NCBI GenBank assembly: GCA_964247055.1
Contig: OZ176053.1
Location: 2,418,001 to 2,482,000, forward strand
Reading direction: 5' to 3'
Length of the DNA stretch: 64,000 bases
Source of the DNA: Paragordius varius
Lineage: Eukaryota > Animalia > Nematomorpha
Positions 25,148-37,000 of this stretch are shown here, piece after piece; within the stretch, counting starts at the first letter, position 1, and each line of letters starts with the position of its first letter. Made by a program: the position numbers and the translations under genes. The notes beneath the pieces are model-generated. The model was given only the letters and a program-made list of their open reading frames with translations, had not been told where the DNA came from and ran no database searches.

Positions 25148-26548
25148 CATTTTTATATTTAACAAAGTAAAATTGACATTATATGGATAAAAACGTAAAA
25201 ATAAAAAAAACAAATATTTTTTTCTTAACCATACTTTATAAATCCGTATTTTTTCTTATATAAATTATTTAATTACAATTGTAAGCTACATTATTGATTG
25301 TCTTCCTAATTTATATCTTAATTTCCATATCTATTAATAACAATGAGTTATATAAAAAATCAAGTTACAGCGGTCTTTTGAATAAAAAATTGTCTTTATA
25401 TATTTACTTTTTGTCCGTATAATTTCATTTACTGTAATATTTATCTTACATCTTTCTATTTTCATTTGATGATGCATGCTTGAATTCTTATTTCTATTTT
25501 AACACACTCTACTAGAAAATAACTAACACGCATTTAACCATCATCTAACTTACTTGTCTACCTTGCTATTAATTTCCTATATAGTCTTACTACTTCTCAC
25601 TACTAACACCCTATTTCATTTGGGTATATCAAATTTTCTTTGACATGTATTTTTTTATTTGTAACAATTTCAATTATTTTTTATTGATAAGATAGATATC
25701 TTTTTTCCAGTAATAAGAATTTCCTGTCAAAATATATCAAGAGTTTCCTTAATAATTTTTTATAATTTGGGTTATTGGTCTATGATAACTTTACACGATA
25801 AACATGATTGGCTATTTAGTTTTGTCAAATATAGTTTTAATTAAAAATATTAAATATTGACAGAAAAAAATAAAGAGCCCCGTTCACTTCGAGGGAAAAG
25901 AGATCATATTTAACCAGAAGAACCAACTATTTAATGCATGTCATTCCCTAAAATATGATAACACATGATGTACATTCCTTACCCCGCTCCAAAAAAATTA
26001 TTTTGAAATATGGGATGTTTTTTACTTTCACCACAAATTATATTAATTACTCTTTCGAATCGCAAACATTGTAATATGTCAACACAAAAAGCTATATAAA
26101 CATGTTGTGTAAAAGCGATTTTTATATCATTAAACAGATATACACCAATATTTTCGGACTTTACTCAGATTTTATTACTCTAAATATAAGAATAATGCCA
26201 TTTATGAACGTAAAAACTGTATTAAATATTTTTTTCAAATTTATGCAATAAAATTACTTTTTATTGATCATTTCGCGGATATCTATATTACTATATACAT
26301 ATATCATTTATTTTCCCTTAGTATTGTATGTATGCCTATGTAAAAAATTTATTTAGCTTTTTAAATAGTTTAAACGCATGTCAAATAGCGCCATAATCAA
26401 CCAATTAATTATATAATGTATGTATGTATGACAAACTAATTAACAACTCAATCCAATCTCATTACTTAATCTTTTATTTTTGGATTTTTTTTAAAAAAAA
26501 AAATTTCTGTACATATCTAAAGCAGCAATTTATGCCTTTACGCATATA

Positions 26549-26585
<37 letters not shown>

Positions 26586-27267
26586 TCATTGTAAAATTGT
26601 GCCCACATTTTTTTGTATGAGTGCTAAAATTAAATTTATTTTTGAATTATTGAAACGGCTATTCAAGCATACGTTCAGCTTCGCTATAGTTATGTGATTT
26701 ATTTGTTTCAATACACCTACACCTCTAAATGAAAAAAAATAATTCTCAAGTGTTTATTTTCTACTGCCCTTATGGAAAAGCATAATACACATATTCCCTC
26801 TGAAATCTTCATATAAATTAACACACACTTTTACAAATCTAAGAAAAATGGGTGATTTGAATAAATATACAACAATAACAAGCAAGATTTGGCTATAAAG
26901 TTACCTTCTCCAATTCAAAACCATAACTTGTAATGTAATTATTATTATTATACGATGTTTCACTTTTGATTATTGTACCCAAATAGAAATGTATATATAA
27001 TATATAATTAAATTTATTTGTAATACTTTCCATATCATCTAATTAATGCCAATATTCTTACAAATAAATAAAAATATGATAAAAAATTTGTTTATAAATT
27101 TATATAAAAATTTTATGGACTATTGTAAATTTGACTATTAGAGTTGTAAGAATATTAAAATAGATAAAATGCATAAGATTTACTGGAGTGAGTGAGACCA
27201 TGATTTTTTTTCTAAAATATGATTGATAAAAATGCTGCATAGTAAAATTACATCAAGGTTATTCAAA

Positions 27268-30200
27268 TCATAATTTGCCGCCTTTGGTAAAAGGATGTTC
27301 CAGTAATTGGCCCGCTGTCCAACGCTCTTTGGGATTAATTTTGAAACAAACATCCAAGAAATCATTTATTTCATCATTTTGATATTCTCGGTTAGTATTT
27401 GACGACGTAACTAAAGAGGTAGGTAATGAAGTTTTAATGCAGGGCCTTGCACCTGATCCCACTTTAAACATGATTTGAAACATATTTTCACATTCATGCC
27501 ATGGTGCTTTCCCTAAAATTTTATTTTTACATATCAATGTTGAAAATTATTACAGTAAAAATTAAAATTATACGGATAAAACGTAAAAATATAAAGTCAA
27601 ATTTTTTCACAAGAATTTATATTTTCTGAAATAATTTATCTTATTAAAAACATTTCATAACAATTGTATAACATGCAAATGATTTTTTTTACTTTGGAGT
27701 TTAAAAATGATTTACGTTTAAAAAATTAAGATTAAAAAGGTTTGGTTGTCTTTTTAGAAAAAAATATTTGTCTTTATATGTCCGCATATTTTTACGTATC
27801 AATGTTGAGAATTATGTGAGAATTTAAATGAGAAACAAAAAATATTAAACAAATAAGCATCCCAACTTTCTAATTATTTTTGCACAGATAAAACATATAA
27901 CTAATCCTAATTAATTTTTCATCACAACTAAAATTACGCTATTGAAAGTATATCTGTATGTATTACACAATTTTTTTAAAAAAATTTAACCGTTTCTTAC
28001 CTATTCAACCGTAGTTTACAATTATTTTAGCAAATAAATTGCAAGATGGTCTAAAGTTGGATTATTCACCTTTTTCGCTTTTCTTATAGCCCAATATATT
28101 TGCTCTTTACTCTGTCTATATGAATTGGTAATATCTAATGAAAAACTAGCATTTTACATATTCATACTGTAAAATTCAAAGACAAATATTTTTTACAAAG
28201 ACAGTCATGCCCACTTAAACTTTCATGAATTAAAATTTAGAAATCAAACCATAAGTATTTAAAACAAAACTGGCAGGCAATCTTTGAAAATATATTAGTT
28301 TTAAAATAAAATTAGGAAAAAAAGAGAAACAATTTACCTGTAACCATTTGAAAGACAACACAACCCAAACTCCAAATATCAACGGCAGCAGATACTGTTT
28401 CTAATTTATTGGCTCGATTTATCACTTCAGGAGCCATGAATGCCGGGGTTCCCACCAAACAAAATAATTCATCGGAATCTTTTATAATATATATAAATAT
28501 ATATGTAATTTGAAATCTAAAAGACAAATAATTTTTTTCATAAATTTAAATAATGACTAGTCAGTCAGATTAAGAAAAGATTAGAAAAATTGATGTACCG
28601 CCATTAAATTGCAAATTCCCACCCACACAAATGATGGATGAAAAAAGCAATTAAATATTTAAAAACCTTATTTTTTTAAAAAAACCCTATTTTTTCATAA
28701 TTTCGAGTTGCAAAAATAAACAGTAGTCTTGAATTCAAGACGCTATTTATAAATCATAATGAAGGTTTGGAAAATTATAATTTTATCGATATTTTTTTAT
28801 TTTATAAGTTTTACCCCTATAATATTAATTTTAAATGTCTATAATGTTCGGTATAATTTATGTATTTACTTGTAGGCTGCTTTTGACAATTCAACGAATT
28901 ATTAAGGGATCGAAGTTTTTCTGCGCAACCAAAATCACCAAGTTTAAGGGAAGGTTCATACTTTTCATCATTGTAAAGAGCATTTGAATCTGTTAAATAT
29001 TTGTAAATAAATTATAAAAAACTAAAATAATAATATTTTCCTTTTAATATTTAAGTTCGACAATAAATAAATTTACAGTAAACGGACAAAACGTAAAGAC
29101 AAATATTTTTATTTAAAAGACAACCATACTTTTTTTAAATTTAATTTATACAAATATTACTAATTATTTTGGGTTACAAAATAGGGATTAGATTTATAAA
29201 TTTCAATTTTATCATTTAAAAATGTAGTCAAGTAGTTTATGTAGGAAAACATAAGATTATAGGGTTGTCTTTTAAAAAAGATTTAATTTTATTTTTTTAA
29301 GTTTTGTCCGTATAATCTTAATTTTTAAAATGCATGAATTTTCGATCACTACAAATAATCTTTGTCATCAAATATAAACTTAAAATATAATACTAAATTA
29401 TTTCATATTTTAGTCTCCTTTTTAGTTTTATATATACTTTAAAGCATAATTTTAAGATAATGTTGTTAGTTACCATAATTATTTCGGGTGTTTAAATAAT
29501 CACAAGTTTGTGTCATATAAATGTTGGCACCCTTGATATCTCTATGAACGATACCCATGCTATGGAGATGATTAAGGGCTAATAAAAGTTCCCACGTATA
29601 ACGTCTAACCAAATATTCATTTAGCCCCGAACAAGTGGTTAAAGAGTTTTCTAAAGATAAATTTTTGGAAACAAAAAAAGATATTTTTAAAGTTATAAAA
29701 TGATATTATAAAGATATTTAATTTAACCGAAAATTGAAATGAACACTTAAATTATTTTTAATAAAGTTTATAAGTTATTATTATTATTATACCATAGGCA
29801 ATATTTTAAACAATATAAAAAGTTGTAAAATATGTAAAAATTTCCATAAATACCAATTAAATTATTGATGAAAATTTACACAATATCCATTGGCCCAAAT
29901 ATTGATTTAAATTTAAATAATAAACAAAAATTATATTTTCAACCAATTTTTGTCAGCGTACGTAAATATAACATGTATACCTATATAATAACCTATCTTT
30001 ATTAGAAGCTGTTTAATATCAAATTGAAAGAAATAAGGTAAAATGTGTCTTTTTATCTTAAAAAATTTACCATTAAATGCATTGCGTGCTTGCTGTTCAA
30101 GGGTCCATCCACTACAATATTCCATAAAAATGAATAATTCAAAACGATGGACCTGAACCCCGTAATAACGAACCATATTGGGGTGTCGAATGCTTTCAAA

Positions 30201-30944
30201 CATCCTAATCTCATCAATCACGTCTTGAATCATCTGGAATAAAAAAACGGCATATATGTAATTTTTATAAGATGGCCCGAAATAGTTTTATATTTATAAA
30301 GGGCCATAATTATATATTGTAAGCTAATTTATTTGTTCGAAATGTAATAATCATTAATTTTAATGATACAGTAACGTTTGTTTAAATAAAAGGTTGGTTC
30401 AAAATCAACCATACGAAAGTAATGTTAGGGCAAAGGAGAAATATGTTTTATATTTCCAATTATTTGCTGATTTTTTACCATACACTACTGTATCATCCAT
30501 TCGATTCTACCAACTTTAGATTTATTGCCATAAAGTTCTTTTTAACATTGTTGAAAACTATACAACTGATAAAAATATCATATCCTACCCATTGAATTTT
30601 TATAAAATACAATAATAGCTTAATTTATTAAAATGGCTGTATGTGCCTGTTTACCAATTTCGAAAAAAATACAATGTATGAGGCTTAATCGACATTGTTT
30701 GATTTGGGTCCATTCGTCAGTTATTATATGGATTCTTTCATGTGAGAATTAATTGCCTGGCGATTACGATAAAAATATATACCAGTATATATACAGATTT
30801 TTATTTTAATATCAAACCTTGGCTTAAGATTCGAATGCTATAAAATTTTCGCAAATGCGGACGGATATGTTATGTGGACGTGATTTTTAAAACAAATCTC
30901 TAAAAAGAACCCTGATTTAACTAGTGATTCAAATTCAAATTCAA

Positions 30945-31008
<64 letters not shown>

Positions 31009-34000
31009 GCAGTATGTATACCATTTACAGTTTAAATTCACCCTTAAACAATTTAACACCCTTGAACATTTCAAAGTCACCCTTGAAAACAATTCAAATT
31101 TACCCTAAAAATTATGTATTTTTTAAGATTGAAAATTATCTATTTTTTTCTATATTTTAAAAAAAATAAATTATGTTTAAAATTAATATAATATTGAAAA
31201 AATAATTAACTATGCTATAAGATTATATTTCTTTTTAAGGATGATTATATTAGTTCGAAAAGACATAATTTATTGGGGTGAATTTGAATTGTAAATGGTA
31301 TATTAATGGTTGATTATTTGTAAACTGTTGCCTATATGTTTTTATTACAAGAGAAAGAGGAGTAATTTAATCTTACACAACTCAAAGCTTATCATTTTTT
31401 TATTGACCCCAATAAAGTCTTATTATATCTGGCCAGCCTATTCTTATCATAATAATTATCACCCAATCTAACGCTTTCAGTGTACTATAATTACCCACCT
31501 TTGTATGGTAATATAATTTGATTGTTGTTAAGAAATGATTGATACTTTACCAATACTTTATGAATAATATAATTTGATTACTGTAAATTAATGTTTGATT
31601 GTCATTACATAACTTTGTATGGTTAATATAATTTAATTGTTGGTAAGAAATGATTAATTTAAATAAGGTGAAAATCGCATTAAAAAGTATATACATTAAA
31701 ATGGTGTTCTTTAACACTGGGATGTAGGGTGATTTCTTTCATAGCCATAAGTTCACCCGTGTCCATATTTATAGCCGTATACACTTTCCCAGTTTGACCC
31801 TGACCAATTTTCATGCCACGTTGCCAACGGAATTTGGAAGCTCGCCTGCTATATTCATAATGATAACCATTCAACCACCAATCATCATTATTGCTGCTGC
31901 TCAACATATTGGTGAATGAATCTTTTTCACGTGGTTCCTCCACGACAACACGGCCAATTACACCGTCTTGCGCTAATTTAGTTTGTCGTATTTGATCAAT
32001 CTGACTAGTTTTTTGACAAATCTAAACAATGTTTTTCACATATTTTGGTATATTATTCAGATGACATATGTGTGATAATAAATGTTTATATATAAATTGT
32101 TTACAAAACTCCTAAAAAATAAATTATGCCAATTTTTACAAAAAAAATTACCTTAAAATGTTTGAATTCGACAATAGTTTCATCATCTATATCCTCGTTC
32201 CCATTACTATTAACCATTGATGGATCAATCGATATGGCATTACTAAATAATCGAGATGGTGCCTTATCAATATCAGTTGCGTAATTATTATTTTGTTGTA
32301 CATCCGTTTTTTCGACTAAGCTTGGGTGCATTTTAGCAGGCCAAGACATATTTCTCCGTAACAGATGGGGTGGGGTATTGTCTAACCCCTCAGAGGTAAT
32401 CCCGATTTTATCTTGGCTTGTATGGTCTGTCAAAAATTCACAATGTTCCGATCCCGATAAACTATAATAACTTTGTTCCATGACATTACTTCCATGGTTG
32501 AAGGAATGCGTTGAAGAATTTTCATTGTTGTCCGTAGTTTTAATGGCATAAGGATTATGATGAGATGTATTATCATCTTGACTACGTGCATTTGATAAAT
32601 GCTGAAGAGCAGTTCCAACCACCTCTAAAATTTCACGCCTTTCATACGAGTCGCGAATAACTTTAAAGATCTCTGGATGCGACGCGAATTTTAGGTATGC
32701 AATACCTTGATGCGCCCATCTTGAAGTTCTGTGACCCGGTTCTCGATACGTCTAAAAAATAGTTTGTTATTAAATCATAATAAAAAATATTTTAGCTTCC
32801 GAAACTACAAACTTGGTCATATTTATAGATATCCTTATAAGGCGCAAAGACAAGGGTGTATAGAATGGATTAGAGTTAATATATTGAAACCGATTAAAAA
32901 GTATTTATAATCGTGGCGTGTGCTGTTTTATAACAATATCCCACGATAATTTGAAAGCAATTCAATCGGAAAAAGGTTTGCCAATGCCATGTTTTAGCAA
33001 TAAATTTAATATCAATAAAAATTTATGTGGAAAAAAAGGTTTAAACATTCGTATGACTCCAAAAAAATATGTCGAAAGTTGTTTTGTAATAAACCCATAA
33101 TCAATTAACATCCCAAAGTAAATTTTTAAAAAATTAAAAGTATACAAATCAAACGGTTTTTAAATAATAAAATCGCAAATGTAAGCTTATAGAGAAAAAA
33201 CGTAAAAAAACCGAAATATTACTTTGACATAATGGGCCCAAAGTTTAGCATATCCCAAACAATACTTCCGTAACTCACTAGTTATATCATCTTGTTTAAC
33301 TATGCTATTGTATTGGTTAGATTGATTAAATGATTGTATGCAGGGTATGAATGCTTTAATACTGTCTCTATGTGCATCGAAACCAAGGCTAAATATTTGT
33401 TGTAAGCATAAAGTTTGTGAAACATCCAAAGGAGATATTTCTTCTATTGCACATTGAGTAAGGTTACTTATGCAGGGAAGTAAATGACATATTATGCAAT
33501 CCTTTAGTTGTTTAAATGCTTCCTCAATGATTGGAACATTAGATGCCTGTTCATGCGAACATTGAAGTAATTGTTGAATCGGCCCAAATATTTTTTCGAC
33601 AACTCTCCTCTGCTTACCCAACAAATTTGCACTTGTGCTAATTAGAGTGATATGAGTATCAACATTTTTGGTATCGTATTCCTTTGCCCTATGCAAAGTG
33701 TTCCAGATTTCATGATTAACTTCAACGTTATATGTCGTACCCTGCCATGTATCGGCCGAAATTATAGGTGTGAAATTTATGCTTAATAGAAAACTAAATA
33801 GATCATTGAGCACATTAGTGTCAAAACAATTTTTATGCTTATTATTTTTGTTTAAAGTATTTGTATTCAATTCATTTATACGCAAGGTATCAAAATTTTG
33901 TCCACTTTGGTAGCTTAATAATTGTGCTACGAGTCTACCATTTTTAGCAATGGAATGCGGAGCAAAGATGAAACAATTACCAAGCATAGTATTGACATTT

Positions 34001-37000
34001 TCATTGCTGGAATTATCATTATTAATCTCAAAATCTGATGAATCTAAATCATGCCAGCCATCTGAAATGGGAAGTTTCAATTGACTAATGTCACTTGATT
34101 TAACTCGTTCGTTTGGGGTTGGATGCATGAGCCGACCTTTTTTACTTCCTGAACGTGTCAAAATTACATTTTTATGCCTTAATTTAACACCATCCATTCC
34201 ATATTTAATGCTAGGTTGTTTAATACCTCCTCTAAAAGAAAACATGCGTTTACTGCCTAAACCGGCCAATTTTTTATGTGGGATGTTAGCATTAGTTTTC
34301 TTATCATTCATGTTAGACGTCGTATTTATCATATTCATATTATTGTTGCGGTTTGATTTCAAGACAGAAATTTTGACCGGATTATTGAATGGATATAAAG
34401 TACGGTTTTGTGGCTGAGAATGTTTGAGCAATCGTATATTCAGTAAAACATAATTATTTTCCCTCAATATTGACAATATTTGCATCGCGTGCTGTGTTTG
34501 CACCGACGTGCTATACAGTGCAGTTATTTCAAATTGATTTATGAGATTTTTGGTGAAATGCAAAAATTTTGTAATTTGCTCCTTGTAAAAGTTAATTTTG
34601 CTTCGCATTTCTGTTGAAAGGAATAATGGGATATTGTTTAAGCCCGGGTTCTTTAATGATTTTGTATACGAAAACAGTTGAGAACATTGGTAATTGTTGA
34701 ACCCAATCAAAATTTTAATGATACGTAGTATGGGCAATTTGTTCTATAAACACATAATATATATATTTGATTGTATAAATATCTTTTGATAATATTATTT
34801 CTGATAAAAAAGGGAATTACGTAAATTATCATATAAACAGTTAATTTCCCTTTAAAACCAATCCAACTTAGCGATGATTTCCATATTTACTAAAAGTTAT
34901 AATTTCCAAGCATTGTTAAAATGAAACCGAAATAAAGTATTGTATACCGTGTCAATAGGTCCTAAATAAGGTCCAATTTTTTCAATAAAATTCCATTCTG
35001 TTTGCAAGCATTCAATTTGATCCCATAGGCCATTAGTTTGATACGATAATTCAATAGCTTGCTCCAAATATTCGACATACAGATCAAACATTAACCATAA
35101 ATCATGATTGAAATGGTTGAGTTGAAGGTTAACGCTAGTATTTTTCTCGTATATTTTCTAATATAACATGTAAAGAAAAAATAAATAGCATCGATAAATA
35201 ACTAATAGAATAGATTATGAATATCAAGAATCAAATTTTTTAGTCCCGTTTTCTGAACTAATGTCATTAATAAAATAATTTTTACCTATGGATGTGAAAT
35301 CATATAAAAAAATGTCATATTTCCGCACAAAAACCGTTAGAATTGTAATCACAATATTTTTTATTTCCAAAAAAGAGAACGATCAATTTTTGCAGGGCAC
35401 AAAGAGAAGGCGTCAGTGAAAAGTACGTACGCAGACGATTAATTTGTGGATAAGCCATTTTGATAATCTCATTCAAACAAACGATCGTTGGATTCGGTCA
35501 AAATCGTCTGCCTTTTGGATATGAGAAGAACACACCAAAACCATCAAATACATTTTATATTTATACTTAAGGGATATGGATGATTCTTTATTTGTAAAGA
35601 GTGCAATCTAAAGAAGCTTATTACCTTGATGAAGTTTGACGATACTCGGAAATGAATTTTTTTTTAATAAAAGTTGAGTCACTTGCAAAACTTCAGTTGT
35701 TTAGGGGAAAAATACCTATGCCACAGGAAAATCAAAGATAAGTACCTTTTTATACTAAATTATATTTTTAATAATCTTTTAACCATATATTCTTATAAAA
35801 ATTTTATTTGGGTTATCGTCTGCTCGGATAAATTATTATTGTTTTTTGTCGTTAACGTTTCATTTAATTAAAACTACTGTCGTTTATCAACAACTCAATT
35901 ATTATCAAACCTCTGTTCCAAAAATCAAACTATAATGTCCTTTCCAAAGCGTATGTTATGTACGGTATTTTTTTTTAATTCTTTTTTATAAACAAATTAC
36001 AACTTATGGTAAAAAATTAAATCATAATAATATTTATATACATATATAAATACAAACATTTGCAATCATAAAAAGTTTACTAGAAAAAGTTATAAAAGTT
36101 TTTTCCCAATACTTATATAGTTCACGGTACTCTGACAATTGGTTCACCAATTGTACGAAGGGGTATACCCCGTGCTATTGTCATTGCCATTCAAACAAAC
36201 ACACACAAGCTTAGCCGTTACAAGGTAACGGGCTGATTTAGTAATCACGTCAAATTTTGTACCTGAAACAGAAAATTGAGGCACGTGCTTTTCTTTTTCC
36301 ATCAAAAAAAATACGTTTAGATCTATTACTAGTAGAATCATGCGAACATCGTCCATTAAAACTGTCAAATATTGTTTCAAAATATTAGTTGTAATTTCAA
36401 TATATAAGAAAATGTGTAGACAACCCAACTGCAAAAATAACAAAGTGCAAAAGTTATTGGATGATATTTCAAAATCTTTCTTGACAGAATCATTATGCGT
36501 TTATTACAAAAAATTAATCAGTAGGCGGCTATAAACAATGGGAAAGACCATTCTTAGTAAATGGGTCACACAGAATTCGAATGGTAATATCGAAAATCGC
36601 AAAGTTGCAATCCTGCTTCAACGTCAAAAGGAAAACATTTTACCGAGTTGTGAGGGGTGAAAAGATGTGATTTGTTTTGTAAATCCAAGGAAAAAAATCG
36701 TGGCTCTTGCCAAGCTCGTCCATAGACGCCAAAGCCAAATCATTGGGGCATGACCATGCTCTGTGGTAGTAGTATCAGAGCGGTATGGTAACATGAAATT
36801 TTGAAACCCGGTAAAACCGTGAATACACAACGCTAATGCCAGCCCAATGATTAATTACATTATCGAAAAAACGACCGGAAGAAGACACAGCCATATGATT
36901 TTTCTACAGACAAGCTCCGTATCAAACAGCAAAACTAGCAAAAACACCTCAAAATCTCTTCGATGAGATATTCTTGCGCACCCGCTATAACTAAAGACTG

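Noticed and set aside
30838-31160. ORFs with YIYIYI runs on both strands
   Set aside because: Translation of a (TA)n microsatellite plus a MITE.
32017-32034. Apparent 18-nt micro-intron needed to remove an in-frame TAG in MAP3K4
   Set aside because: A single ~135-nt intron from the ~32151 donor to the same acceptor keeps the frame more simply.
34088-34417. 109-aa plus-strand ORF (and its copy at 59275-59604)
   Set aside because: Antisense shadow of the MAP3K4 exon.
35441-35450. AATTTGTGG resembling the U1 Sm site; nearby GCCTTTTGG resembling the U2 5' end
   Set aside because: No ATACTTACCTG 5' end or branch-point-recognition GTAGTA sequence.
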